A stretch of DNA of 64,000 bases from an uncultured Pirellulales bacterium (lineage in GTDB: Bacteria > Planctomycetota > Phycisphaerae > Sedimentisphaerales > Anaerohalosphaeraceae). The notes beneath the pieces were generated by a model. The model searched no databases and was not told the DNA's origin. It saw only the letters and a list, made by a program, of their open reading frames with translations. The position numbers and the translations under genes are program-made. The stretch is taken from the NCBI GenBank assembly GCA_964635075.1, contig CAZWMN010000009.1, positions 7,269 through 71,268 on the forward strand, given 5' to 3'. How positions within the stretch are numbered: position 1 is the first letter of the stretch; every line of letters starts with the position of its first letter. Shown here piece by piece: positions 39,448-49,363 of this stretch.

Positions 39448-39596
39448 CCAGTCATACCGACTTTTCCCCAAGAAAAGAGACAATCTCTCTGCCTTGTTGG
39501 AAACTTATTGACAATTGCGATTTTTGGCACTAAAAGCGGCAATTTTGGGCGAGAAAATTAATATAAAGTTCGCAGCGTTTCCGGGCATGCTTTTTT

Positions 39597-40445
39597 ATGG
39601 GGAAAAAGGTCATTATTAACGCTGACGATTTTGGGCTGTGTGAAGGCGTCAATGAGGGCATACTCAAAGCCCACCTGGAAGGCGTGGTGACCAGCGCTAC
39701 CCTGATGGTCAATATGGCCGGCGCAGAGGATGCGGTCCGAATGGCCTACAGCCACCCATCCCTTGGCGTCGGCGTTCATCTGAGCCTGACAGAAGGTAAA
39801 GCCCTGACCCCGGTCAATCAAATCCCGGCGCTGGTGAATGCGGAAGGCGCATTTCTGTATTCTCCTGAGAAACTGGCATTTTTGTCTTTGGTTCATTCTG
39901 ATGTCAGAAAAGCCGTCTATACAGAATTACAGGCCCAGGTACAGTGGGTCATCGATCGTGGAATCAAGCCCACCCATCTGGATTCGCATAAACATTTTCA
40001 CTGTTTTCCGCCCCTGTATTCTATGGTGTGTCGGATAGCCGAACAATTTCAGATTCGCGCCATCCGCTGGCCCTTTGAGCCCAAAGCGGTCTCCTTTCAT
40101 CCCTGGCCAACAGCAGATAAGGCTGGTCAAAGACGAGCAAGGGTTCTTCGCGTATTGACACGAATCAATCGACTTCAGAACTCCCTGTATATCCGGACAC
40201 AGGCTCTGTTCGGGGTCGCTCATACCGGCAATATAGATTTTTCTTTTCTCGGTGCGGTCTGTCTGTATAATATAAAAGGCGTCGTCGAAATTATGACCCA
40301 CCCGGGATTTTCTGCGGGTTTGAATCATAGCAGGACACGTTTGATTGAGCAGAGAGAAAAAGAATTACAGGCACTTTGCGATATTCGAACCATTAATTTA
40401 TTTAGAGATAAAGGTATTCAGTTGACACATTATGGCTCAATCTGA
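39597..40445 (+). CDS. YdjC/ChbG/HpnK-family carbohydrate deacetylase
   Basis: N-terminus VIINADDFGLCEGVNEGI and the metal-site motif HLDSHKHFH. Confidence 0.8.
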   Translation: MGKKVIINADDFGLCEGVNEGILKAHLEGVVTSATLMVNMAGAEDAVRMAYSHPSLGVGVHLSLTEGKALTPVNQIPALVNAEGAFLYSPEKLAFLSLVHSDVRKAVYTELQAQVQWVIDRGIKPTHLDSHKHFHCFPPLYSMVCRIAEQFQIRAIRWPFEPKAVSFHPWPTADKAGQRRARVLRVLTRINRLQNSLYIRTQALFGVAHTGNIDFSFLGAVCLYNIKGVVEIMTHPGFSAGLNHSRTRLIEQREKELQALCDIRTINLFRDKGIQLTHYGSI

Positions 40446-40587
40446 AAAAAAGGCGCTGAACTGTTCCGTTGTTGTTCCGCTCTATAATGAAGGACTGGTT
40501 GTTGACGAGCTTTATCAGCGAATTGCAGCGGTCATGAAACAAATCAGTTTGTGTACTTTCGCACTTTTTAAAATTGGCGTGATATAA
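40432..40587 (+). pseudogene. N-terminal stub of a GT2 glycosyltransferase
   Basis: A 51-codon ORF overlaps the deacetylase stop. CSVVVPLYNEGLVVDELYQRI is a classic GT2 start, but the reading frame ends before the DxD region. Confidence 0.45.
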
Positions 40588-40680
40588 GTCCTTTATTACT
40601 CCGATTTTAATACCACCCGTGAGACTGGTGGATGGAAACAACCGCCAACGGCGGACAGGCAAATCCTGAACACGGCAATG

Positions 40681-40710
40681 CCACCAGTTTTAACTGGTGG
40701 TTATTTATTC
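40681..40710 (+). terminator. hairpin plus T-rich tail
   Basis: ccaccagtt-tt-aactggtgg followed by ttatttattc. Confidence 0.4.
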
Positions 40711-40997
40711 TCTCCTGCTTCATACTATTCATTTTATTCTGTCGGTTGATGTTCGTCATCTGCTGAAAATCTCTCATGCCTTCCACTGTCCTCAGACAAT
40801 CGAGCGTACCGAGATTTGTATCAGGATATCAGAGGTAAATCAAGCTTGATTTTGTCTGGCGCCATCCGGTGTACAGAGTGAAGACCGTTGAGAACCTTTT
40901 GCAGTCGCAAAAGATCGAAAGGCGAGAAATCACAGCAGATATCCATATTCTGCGTTATTTTCCTGCGTTTTGTCCACCGGGATTATGTGTTTGGAAT

Positions 40998-42869
40998 TTA
41001 TTCCACGGTGACGCTTTTGGCGAGGTTGCGGGGTTTGTCCACGTCGTAGCCTTTGAGCACTGCGGCGTGATAAGCCATCAGTTGCAGCGGAACGACCGTC
41101 AACATCGGCTGCAAGGGTTCGCAGATATCCGGCACATAAATCAAATGGTCGGCGTGCTGGCGAATGTTATCGTCGCCTTCGGTGGCGACGACGATGGTTT
41201 TGCCGCCGCGGGCGCGAACCTCCTGGATATTGCCGATGATTTTTTCATACTGTGAGCAGCGGGTGGCAATGAACACCGCCGGCATCTGGTCGGAAATCAA
41301 AGCGATGGGGCCGTGTTTCATTTCCGCTGCGGGCATTCCTTCGGCGTGGATATAGCTGATTTCCTTGAGTTTCAGCGCGCCTTCCAGCGCGACGGGATAA
41401 TTAAACCCACGGCCGAGGAACAGCCAATTAGGCTTATCGAGATTGGCTTGAGCGATTTGCTTGATATAATCGGACTGGTTGAGTATCCGCCTGATTTTTT
41501 CGGGGACCTGGACAAGTTCGCTGAGCAGTTGTGAGGCGGCGTCGAAGCTGAGATGTCTGCGGCGCCCCAGTTCAATAGCCAGCATCGCCAGTACGGCCAC
41601 CTGCGCGGTGAAGGCCTTGGTGCTTGCGACGCCGATTTCGGGCCCGACGCGGAGATAAACGCCTGCGTCGGTGGTGCGGGCGATGGTGGAGCCGACGACA
41701 TTGACGATGCCCAGCACCAGCGCGCCGCGTTCCTTGGCCAGTTCCACCGCGGCCAGCGTATCGGCGGTTTCTCCGGACTGGCTGATGGCGATAACGACGG
41801 TGCCTTCTTCGAGAATGGGATTGCGATAGCGAAATTCGCTGGCGTATTCGACCTCGGCGGGAATACGGGCCAGTTGTTCGAACAAAAATTCGCCGACGAT
41901 GCCGGCGTGCCAGGCCGTGCCGCAGGCGGTCAGGATGATCCGTTTGGCGCGAGTCAGTTGGCGGAAGTGATTCTGAAGCCCGCCCAGAATCACGCGGCCA
42001 TTTTTCAAGTCGATGCGTCCGCCAAGACAGGTCTCCACGACCTTGGGCTGCTCGGCGATTTCTTTTTGCATATAGTGCTGGAAACCTTCCAGCTCGATCT
42101 GGTCCAGCGAGATTTCAATGGCCGTCAGTTCCTTCTGCACGTCCTGGTTGCTGATGGTTTTGGTGTGGAAACCTTCGCTGCCGACGGTGACCATTTCGCC
42201 GTCGGACAGATAAATTGCCTGCGTGGTGTGTGCGACAACGGCCGCGGCGTCGGAGGCGATGATGTATTCGTTTTCGCCGACGCCCAGAATCAGGGGGCTG
42301 CCTTTCTTGACGCCAATCATCATATCGGGACAGTCAACGCACAAAATCGCCAGGCCGTAGGTGCCATAGACTTCGTTTAACGCCTGCTGGACGGCCCATT
42401 CAAAACGATGACAATCCTTCGGGGCTTCTTTGCCGTCCTTTGTCCGATTGTTGGCATAGAAGTAGCCAATCAGATTGGTCAATACTTCCGTATCGGTTTC
42501 GGTTTTGAATGTGCAGCCTTCTTTTTGCAGCCATTTTTTCAGCGTCGCGTAGTTTTCGATAATACCGTTGTGAACGACGCAGATTTTCCCTGTGTAGTCG
42601 ATATGTGGGTGCGCATTAACGGTATTGGGTTTGCCGTGCGTGGCCCAGCGGGTATGGCCGACGCCGACGGTGGCTGGATTGGCGGGGCTGGGCAATAATT
42701 CTTCCAGTGCGCTGATGCGGCCGCTGGTTTTATAGACATTGAAATTTCTCTTGTCGTCAAGCAGCGCAATACCCGCGGAGTCATAGCCGCGATACTCGAG
42801 GCGTTTAAGTCCCTCGACCAGAATGGGCTGGGCTGTTTTTTGGCCAAAATACGCGACAATTCCACACAT
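40998..42869 (-). CDS. glmS: glutamine--fructose-6-phosphate aminotransferase
   Basis: MCGIVAY catalytic Cys start, two SIS domains and the C-terminal KSVTVE. Confidence 0.95.
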   Translation of the reverse strand: MCGIVAYFGQKTAQPILVEGLKRLEYRGYDSAGIALLDDKRNFNVYKTSGRISALEELLPSPANPATVGVGHTRWATHGKPNTVNAHPHIDYTGKICVVHNGIIENYATLKKWLQKEGCTFKTETDTEVLTNLIGYFYANNRTKDGKEAPKDCHRFEWAVQQALNEVYGTYGLAILCVDCPDMMIGVKKGSPLILGVGENEYIIASDAAAVVAHTTQAIYLSDGEMVTVGSEGFHTKTISNQDVQKELTAIEISLDQIELEGFQHYMQKEIAEQPKVVETCLGGRIDLKNGRVILGGLQNHFRQLTRAKRIILTACGTAWHAGIVGEFLFEQLARIPAEVEYASEFRYRNPILEEGTVVIAISQSGETADTLAAVELAKERGALVLGIVNVVGSTIARTTDAGVYLRVGPEIGVASTKAFTAQVAVLAMLAIELGRRRHLSFDAASQLLSELVQVPEKIRRILNQSDYIKQIAQANLDKPNWLFLGRGFNYPVALEGALKLKEISYIHAEGMPAAEMKHGPIALISDQMPAVFIATRCSQYEKIIGNIQEVRARGGKTIVVATEGDDNIRQHADHLIYVPDICEPLQPMLTVVPLQLMAYHAAVLKGYDVDKPRNLAKSVTVE

Positions 42870-43024
42870 ACGGTATTCCTTTCACGGAGTTGTGGACCCT
42901 CTCTTCATGCAGTTGTAGTATTATCGGCAAAAGGGCTGTCTCTGTAAAGACAAAACCTTCTTTCTTTAAGTTGGGATAGCCGAAAAGGCCGGTCCCCCTC
43001 AAAATATATGGAAAACGGTTTGTC

Positions 43025-43061
43025 AACAAAGCAGGCAATGAGCCTATCGCCCATTGCCTGC
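43025..43061 (-). terminator. intrinsic terminator after rho
   Basis: gcaggcaatg...cattgcctgc stem followed on the minus strand by tttgtt. Confidence 0.5.
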
Positions 43062-43096
43062 GAAATATCTTGTTCTGGAAGAGTATCGGTGAACGT

Positions 43097-44674
43097 TTAG
43101 TCGAGGTTCAGAGTCATCAGGAATTCCGCGTTGGTCTTATATTTGGCCAGGCGGGTTTTCAACAGCTCGACGGCCTCGACGAGGTTCATTTCGCTCAGGA
43201 CTTTACGCAGCCGATAGACCAGTTCCAGTTCCTTGGGGTCCAGCAGGAGTTCTTCGCGCCGCGTGCCGCTCTTGCTGATGTCAATAGCCGGGAAGATGCG
43301 TCTCTCAACCAGCTTTCGGTCGAGGTGCAGCTCCATATTGCCGGTGGCCTTGAATTCTTCAAAAATCACTTCGTCCATTTTTGAACCGGTATCGATTAGC
43401 GCTGTGGCGATAATCGTCAATGAGCCGCCATATTCGATGTTACGGGCTGCGCCGAAGAATCGCTTGGGCATCTGCATTGCGTTGGCATCGACGCCGCCGG
43501 TCAGGATTTTACCTGAATGCGGCATTTCCGTGTTATAGGCGCGGGCCAGACGGGTAATCGAGTCCAGCAGAATAACCACGTCTTCGCCGTATTCGACCAT
43601 ACGCTTGGCTTTTTCGATGACCATTTCCGATACTTGGCAGTGCCGTGCCGACGGCTCGTCAAACGTTGAGCTGATGACTTCGACATTCTTGGCCACTTTG
43701 CGTTTGAAGTCGGTCACTTCTTCCGGACGCTCGTCAATCAGCAGCACAATCATTTTGACGTCCGGGCTGTTGGTGCTGACGGCGTTGGCGATTTTTTGCA
43801 GCAGAATGGTTTTGCCGGTTCGGGGCGAAGCGACAATCAGCGCCCGCTGTCCCTTGCCGATGGGTACGACCAGGTCCATAATCCGCATGCTCATCTCGTC
43901 CGAGGCTGTTTCCAGCATCAGCCGCTCCTCGGCGTGCAGCGGAGTCAGGTCGCGGAAGACCACCTTTTCCGTCAGTTTTTCCGGTTCCTCATAGTTGATC
44001 GCCTCGACGCGCAGCAGCGCGAAGTACTTTTCATTTTCCTTGGGCGGACGAATCTGGCCGGAGACGATATTGCCCGTGCGCAGGCCGAAGCGGCGAATCT
44101 GCGACGGCGATACATAGACGTCATCCGGGCTGGACAAATAGCTGTAATTGGGACTGCGCAAAAATCCGTATCCGTCCGGCAGCACTTCCAGCACCCCTTC
44201 GCCGTACATCAGGCCGTTCTGACGGATACGCTCTTTGAGGATTCTGAAGATGAGGTCCTGCTTGGCCATCGCCATATAATCCGTAATGCCTTCGGTTTTG
44301 GCGATGCGGTGCAGTTCCATCACATCCAGATTCTGCAATTCAGTCAGGTGCAGATTGCCTCGTTTGATCCGCTCATACTTTTCGTGGATGGATTCTTCCC
44401 CAGAGACGCCCCCGGAGGTTTCCGCAGGCGTCTTAGGCTGGGCCTGCCCCTGCTGCCGTGCGGACGCGTCGTCTTTTTCTTTTTCGGACACCGCGGCTTC
44501 CGGCTGCAGATCCTGCACCGCCGGCTCAGGTCCGCGCACATTGCCGGGCAGTCCTTCCACTTGGCTCTGTTCGGGCATCGTTGCGGGTTGTTCCTGTTGA
44601 GCTTCAGAAGATTCGAGTTTTTTTCTCCGCGTATAAGGACGCTTCTTGCGTATTGTTTCCCGTTCGTCGTTCAT
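43097..44674 (-). CDS. rho: transcription termination factor Rho with N-terminal low-complexity extension
   Basis: Rho N-terminal helix bundle ([23 protein letters not shown]), RNA-binding CSD and Walker A SPRTGKT. It is preceded by about 100 aa rich in E/Q/P/K. Confidence 0.95.
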   Translation of the reverse strand: MNDERETIRKKRPYTRRKKLESSEAQQEQPATMPEQSQVEGLPGNVRGPEPAVQDLQPEAAVSEKEKDDASARQQGQAQPKTPAETSGGVSGEESIHEKYERIKRGNLHLTELQNLDVMELHRIAKTEGITDYMAMAKQDLIFRILKERIRQNGLMYGEGVLEVLPDGYGFLRSPNYSYLSSPDDVYVSPSQIRRFGLRTGNIVSGQIRPPKENEKYFALLRVEAINYEEPEKLTEKVVFRDLTPLHAEERLMLETASDEMSMRIMDLVVPIGKGQRALIVASPRTGKTILLQKIANAVSTNSPDVKMIVLLIDERPEEVTDFKRKVAKNVEVISSTFDEPSARHCQVSEMVIEKAKRMVEYGEDVVILLDSITRLARAYNTEMPHSGKILTGGVDANAMQMPKRFFGAARNIEYGGSLTIIATALIDTGSKMDEVIFEEFKATGNMELHLDRKLVERRIFPAIDISKSGTRREELLLDPKELELVYRLRKVLSEMNLVEAVELLKTRLAKYKTNAEFLMTLNLD

Positions 44675-44991
44675 TTTAGTCCTCGGTATAGTGACTCCTT
44701 GATTTTATTTGCTGAGCTGATTTTGCGATGTCCTCCAACACCTTGTTTTTTGACGATAGCTTATTGTTTTTCCCAAAGAATGTCGCCGCTTTCCGTGTTC
44801 TTTCCAAAACAATCTCATTTTTGGTATTGCATTTTTCATAGCCTGGCGCATTGGCCGCTTTATCGCTTGATTCCGCCGATATGCGATACGGTTGCTTTGC
44901 GTGAAGTTATGCTTGATCCGTCCTTATGGAAACTGGAAAACAGGCCTGAACCACACGCCTTTGCTGGAACAAAATTTGAACCGAATGACCC

Positions 44992-45597
44992 CTACATCTT
45001 CACTACGGCTGAATATATTTGAGCGACTTGCTCCGCTAAATCCGATACATCAGAATTGTTCTTTACATTATATTGAGCGATATTTCTTTTTTTGTCCAGA
45101 GAAATCTGAAATTTTTCTCTTTTTTTTATCTGTGCCGTTGAAAGGTGTTTTTGGGCTGCTGCCCGGCGAAACCGGACGGTTTGGGGGCAATCCACAAAAA
45201 CCAGTACATCGCATCGTCCATCCCAGCCGGTTTCCACCAGCAGCGGCATATCCAGCACCACCCCCGGAACCGACGCATCCTTCAGGAATTGAGCCAATAA
45301 CTGTTCGCATCGCTCTAACACCGGCGGATGAACAATTGCATTGAGTTTTTTCGCTTTTTCAGTACTTTCAAAGGCCTTTTGGGCCAGCTTCAGCCGGTTA
45401 ATGGTCCCGTCCGCCAAGACAACATCGGCCCCAAATTCGGCAGATATTGTATTTATAATATCTTTATTGTCAAGGATTTCACGGGCGATTTTGTCTGCGT
45501 CGATGACAGCGCAGCCCAGTTTGGCGAATTGTGTGGCGACTGTGCTTTTGCCGGAGCCGATACCGCCGAGAATCCCGATAACAGGTTTGCAGTTCAT
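44992..45597 (-). CDS. coaE: dephospho-CoA kinase
   Basis: P-loop GILGGIGSGKST and DADKIAREIL. Start taken at MNCKP. Confidence 0.85.
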   Translation of the reverse strand: MNCKPVIGILGGIGSGKSTVATQFAKLGCAVIDADKIAREILDNKDIINTISAEFGADVVLADGTINRLKLAQKAFESTEKAKKLNAIVHPPVLERCEQLLAQFLKDASVPGVVLDMPLLVETGWDGRCDVLVFVDCPQTVRFRRAAAQKHLSTAQIKKREKFQISLDKKRNIAQYNVKNNSDVSDLAEQVAQIYSAVVKM

Positions 45598-45789
45598 CTC
45601 AACGATTATAAAAGGATAGTTTAAATCGTCAAGTTGAGTCTCGGCATACAATGATGAGCGGAAAACCCTGTGTTTTGTTCATTTTCTTCGTCAATCTTTT
45701 GTCCTTGACAGTCGGGGTATAGCTTATATTATGGTTCCTTCAGGTAGAGTTTTACGGTACGCGAAGCGCATAGAATTCCGGCAAAAGAG

Positions 45790-46578
45790 ATGGGAACGGG
45801 TATGATAGTCGATTGCCATACACATTTATCTCTGGACGGTTCGAAGATATCTTCCGGGGAACACAAAAACACCTGTCGGGATGTGGATGTCTGTTTTGTA
45901 TTGGCGGGTTGCCAGGCCGACCGACACATTGCCAATGAGGATTTGGCCGACTACATACGGCGAAATTCCAAAGCGATTGGTTTTGCCGCGGTGAACCCTG
46001 CCCAAGATGCAGTGGATGTCAAGTCAGTGAAAAAGACCGTACTGGAAAAAGGGCTTCGCGGTCTTGTGCTCTATTGTGCGGAGGATGGGTTTCACCCCGG
46101 CCACAGCCGGGCGATGCAATTATATGAAGTCGCCGAGGAGCTTCGTCTGCCGGTGTTTTTTCACAACTGTCCGCCGTTCAGTCCGCAGGCGGTGATGGAA
46201 TTTAGCCGGCCATTTCAATTGGATGAAGTTGCGAGGGCATTTCCACGACTGAAAATCATTGTCGGACGGATGGGCTTTCCTTTTATTGAGCAGACCTGGT
46301 GTCTGCTGACTAAGCACGAAAACGTCTTCGCGGATTTGACGATAATCCCGCAGAAGGTCTGGGAGGTTTATAATGTGGTGCTCTCGGCGTATGAAGCCGG
46401 CGTGATGGACAAGCTATTGTTCGGCAGCGGCTACCCCTTTGCAACGCCGCAGGCCTGCATTGAGACGCTGCTGGGGTTTAACAAAATGCTTTCGGATACG
46501 TATTTGCCGCAGGTGCCGCGGGAAAAACTTCGCAGCATTGTCGAACGCGACAGCCTGGCGGCATTGGGCCTAACGTAA
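45790..46578 (+). CDS. metal-dependent amidohydrolase (TIM-barrel, Amidohydro_2-like)
   Basis: IVDCHTHL metal-binding start and typical length. Confidence 0.65.
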   Translation: MGTGMIVDCHTHLSLDGSKISSGEHKNTCRDVDVCFVLAGCQADRHIANEDLADYIRRNSKAIGFAAVNPAQDAVDVKSVKKTVLEKGLRGLVLYCAEDGFHPGHSRAMQLYEVAEELRLPVFFHNCPPFSPQAVMEFSRPFQLDEVARAFPRLKIIVGRMGFPFIEQTWCLLTKHENVFADLTIIPQKVWEVYNVVLSAYEAGVMDKLLFGSGYPFATPQACIETLLGFNKMLSDTYLPQVPREKLRSIVERDSLAALGLT

Positions 46579-46638
46579 AATCGGCCTCGTTTTCTTGCCA
46601 GGGGCAAATACGAAATTCGTGCTTCGGATTTTTTAATA

Positions 46639-48192
46639 ATGTCTCGTGAGCGGTGGGGCAGCAAGCTGGGGGTGATATTGGCCGTGGCCGGCAGCGCCAT
46701 CGGCCTGGGCAATTTCCTGCGGTTTCCCGTTCAGGCGGCCAACAACGGCGGCGGGGCGTTTATGATTCCCTATTTCATCTCGTTTTTCCTGCTGGGCCTG
46801 CCGCTGATGTGGATTGAATGGACCATCGGCCGTTTTGGAGGGGGCTTCGAACACAGCACCGCTCCGGGAATGTTTCATACGCTCTGGCAAAAGAACCGGT
46901 TTATCAAATACTTTGGCGTCATCGGTATTTTCGGCCCGACGGTGATTTTTATCTATTATACCTACGTCGAATCCTGGCTTCTGGGCTACAGCGTTTTTGC
47001 GCTGACGGGCAAATATGCCGCGTGCAGCGATTCGGTCAGTATGCAGAATTTTCTGCAGGCCTATCAAGGGCTGGTTCACAATGAGCATTTTTCCGGCATC
47101 GGTACGGCGTATCTGTTTTTCTTGATTACCTTTGTTCTGAATATCCTGGTGATGTGCATGGGGCTTAGCGCAGGTATTGAAAAGGTCTGCAAATGGGGGC
47201 TGCTGGTACTGTTTATTTTTGCAACCGCCATTGTTATTCGTGTTTTGACGCTCGGCGCGCCGGACACGACCCGGCCGAACTGGAACGTCGTCAATGGTCT
47301 GGGCTTTATGTGGAATCCGCGGTGGCATGAACTGACCCAGGCCAAAGTCTGGCTGGCCGCCGCGGGGCAAATCTTTTTTACCCTCAGTTGTGGCATCGGC
47401 GTAATCCTTACCTACGCCAGCTACCTGACCCGACAGGACGACGTGGCGTTGTCGGGGCTGACGGCGGCGGCGACCAATGAAGTGGCCGAGGTGATACTGG
47501 GCGGCAGTATTGTGATTCCGGCGGCGTTTATTTTTTTGGGGCCGATTGGAACTCAAGAGGTTGCCAAAACGGGGGCGTTTAATCTCGGCTTTGTAACCAT
47601 GCCTCTGGTACTGCAGAAAGTCGCTTATGGGCAGTTTTTTGGTTTTATGTGGTTCTTTTTGTTGTTTATCGCAGGGGTCACCAGTTCGATTTCGCTGGCC
47701 CTGCCGGCCATTGCATTTTTGCAGGATGAGTTTAATTTAGACCGCAAAACAGCCGGCATTATTTTCGCTGTGGTGACGTTTAATCTCTGTCAGGTTGTGA
47801 TTTTCGGCAACAGCCGGGGCGTGCTGGGCGAGATGGATTTCTGGGGAGGGACCTTCTGCCTGGTTTTGTTTGCGACGGTGGAGGCGATCCTGTTTGCCTG
47901 GGTGTTCGGGATGGATAAGGCCTGGGATGAATTACACACCGGCTCCGACATCCACATCCCCCGCATTTATCGATATATTATCAAGTACATTACCCCGGCG
48001 TTTCTGTTTTTCATTCTCGGATTCTGGTTTGTGCAGGAAGGGCTGCCGACGCTGCTGATGAAAAATGTTCCCGCCGAAAGAATGCCGTTTATTATCGGGA
48101 CGCGGGTCTTGCTGATTGATTTGTTTGCGGCGCTGGCCTTTGGTGTCTGGTTTGTCTGGCGAAGGCAAAGGGAAAGGAGGAGAAGCGAATGA
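46639..48192 (+). CDS. sodium-dependent transporter, NSS/SNF family
   Basis: RERWGSKLGVILAVAGSAIGLGNFLRFP...GGGAFMIPY signature, with about 12 TM helices. Confidence 0.9.
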   Translation: MSRERWGSKLGVILAVAGSAIGLGNFLRFPVQAANNGGGAFMIPYFISFFLLGLPLMWIEWTIGRFGGGFEHSTAPGMFHTLWQKNRFIKYFGVIGIFGPTVIFIYYTYVESWLLGYSVFALTGKYAACSDSVSMQNFLQAYQGLVHNEHFSGIGTAYLFFLITFVLNILVMCMGLSAGIEKVCKWGLLVLFIFATAIVIRVLTLGAPDTTRPNWNVVNGLGFMWNPRWHELTQAKVWLAAAGQIFFTLSCGIGVILTYASYLTRQDDVALSGLTAAATNEVAEVILGGSIVIPAAFIFLGPIGTQEVAKTGAFNLGFVTMPLVLQKVAYGQFFGFMWFFLLFIAGVTSSISLALPAIAFLQDEFNLDRKTAGIIFAVVTFNLCQVVIFGNSRGVLGEMDFWGGTFCLVLFATVEAILFAWVFGMDKAWDELHTGSDIHIPRIYRYIIKYITPAFLFFILGFWFVQEGLPTLLMKNVPAERMPFIIGTRVLLIDLFAALAFGVWFVWRRQRERRRSE

Positions 48193-48290
48193 CTCCCGGC
48201 GGCTGGATTTTTATGCTCACAAGCTGGGCCGTCATCCTCGGCCTGTTTAGCTATTGTATGTATCGCACCCTCCGCGGCAGAAAAAAATAA
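48189..48290 (+). CDS. possible NSS transporter small subunit (MetS-like), 33 aa
   Basis: The ATG overlaps the transporter stop (aATGa). It has a single TM helix and a basic tail (MTPGGWIFMLTSWAVILGLFSYCMYRTLRGRKK). Not in the ORF track because it is shorter than 60 aa. Confidence 0.45.
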   Translation: MTPGGWIFMLTSWAVILGLFSYCMYRTLRGRKK

Positions 48291-48337
48291 AATTAAAACC
48301 CCGTGCCTGCCTGTGGTGAGCCTGCCGAACCATCCGT

Positions 48338-48365
48338 GTCATTCCGGATTTAATCCGGAATCCAG
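48338..48365. repeat. short palindromic repeat, ATTCC-N-GGAAT family
   Basis: gtcattccggatttaatccggaatccag, the reverse orientation of the copies at 2444 and 2620. Confidence 0.8.
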
Positions 48366-48427
48366 CCCGTAGGGTAGGCCGTGCCCACGCAGTTTTTGTA
48401 GGGGCAACCGGCGGTTGCCCTTGTGTT

Positions 48428-48850
48428 CTACGCCAGCTTATACGCAATTTGCTCGTCTAAAATATCTTTGACCGTCAGCGCGATAATACTCTTGCCCGTC
48501 TTCTTGAAAAACGCCCCTATCTCGCTCATCGCGTCCGACGAAAAATCAAACGACACAAAAAATCCCTTCGTCCGGTCTTCACGCATCATCGCCGCCTCGA
48601 ATGCGTCAATATCCGGCCGCCCCACCTTCTCCTTCTGCTTGACCTGGATCGGATACCACACGTCCATAAACTCCAATTCCCCCTCTTTCCGCTTCGGCGC
48701 CGCCGACACCGGGTAAATCCGCCCATCGATCCCCATATCCCCCACCTGCGCCTTATTCGGTATTCCCCCAATCGCAATCACCGCCCAGTTCTCAAACTCG
48801 AACGGCGGAAGCTCACGCAGCTTGTCCATTGACCACGGCAAATCACGCAC
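48428..48850 (-). CDS. Mrr-cat/PD-(D/E)xK restriction-endonuclease-domain protein, possibly the C-terminal remnant of a methyltransferase-nuclease fusion
   Basis: The FEFENWAV...GDMGIDG...IQVKQ pattern matches the nuclease module found at the C-terminus of some N6/N4 DNA methyltransferases. Confidence 0.55.
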   Translation of the reverse strand: MRDLPWSMDKLRELPPFEFENWAVIAIGGIPNKAQVGDMGIDGRIYPVSAAPKRKEGELEFMDVWYPIQVKQKEKVGRPDIDAFEAAMMREDRTKGFFVSFDFSSDAMSEIGAFFKKTGKSIIALTVKDILDEQIAYKLA

Positions 48851-48856
48851 CCCATA

Positions 48857-48962
48857 AGCTCTCCCCCTGTAAAGGGGGAGTACCGCGAATAAGCCAACCC
48901 AAGCTCTCCCCCTGCAAAGGGGGAGTACCGCGAAGCGGGGAGGGGGTATTATTCATCCCGCC
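48857..48962. repeat. agctctccccctgcaaagggggagtaccgcgaa... repeats (one partial and one full copy)
   Basis: Partial copy at 48857-48889 and full 62-bp copy at 48901-48962. The same 62-bp unit recurs at 49364-49424. Confidence 0.85.
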
Positions 48963-49348
48963 TAAGGCGTTCCTCTTTTCTCCTGCCATCCAAAATGTTT
49001 TCGTATCTGATTCAGCACTTCTTGGGGATTATCGAATACCCAGTGATTCACAAACCGCAGCACCAAAACACCATATTGTTTTAGAAACAAATCCCGTTCC
49101 CGGTCATATTCAATCGCCTCGGCATTAAAATGCGGAGCGCCATCCAGTTCTATTGCCAGCCGTTCCGCCGGACAGTAAAAATCAAGAATATAGCCGCCAA
49201 AGCTGTGCTGTCGTTTAAACCGCCTGCCGTCAAGCTGTTTACTTTTCAAATAGCTCCACATCTTCGCTTCAGCCGGTGTCAACGCGTTTCGCAATTCTCG
49301 TCGAAACGTTTTCATCTCTGGATGATTATTCAAACATTGCTTGTCCAT
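48962..49348 (-). CDS. DUF559 (Vsr-like) endonuclease-domain protein
   Basis: LTPAEAKMWSYLK...RFKRQHSFGGYILDFYCPAERLAIELDG...D..RD..L...G..VLRF, the diagnostic DUF559 pattern. Start taken at MDKQC. Confidence 0.8.
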   Translation of the reverse strand: MDKQCLNNHPEMKTFRRELRNALTPAEAKMWSYLKSKQLDGRRFKRQHSFGGYILDFYCPAERLAIELDGAPHFNAEAIEYDRERDLFLKQYGVLVLRFVNHWVFDNPQEVLNQIRKHFGWQEKRGTP

Positions 49349-49363
49349 AATCTCTCTCAAATT

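Noticed and set aside
41553-42380. 275-aa ORF antisense to glmS
   Set aside because: Shadow ORF; glmS is unambiguous.
42870-43096. Looked for a glmS ribozyme in the glmS leader
   Set aside because: No match to the ribozyme core as I recall it. The region holds the rho terminator and a plain leader.
43796-45022. 408-aa ORF antisense to rho that extends into the rho-coaE spacer
   Set aside because: Shadow ORF across rho with no recognisable domain.
46633-47556. 307-aa ORF antisense to the NSS transporter
   Set aside because: Shadow ORF; the transporter signature on the plus strand is diagnostic.
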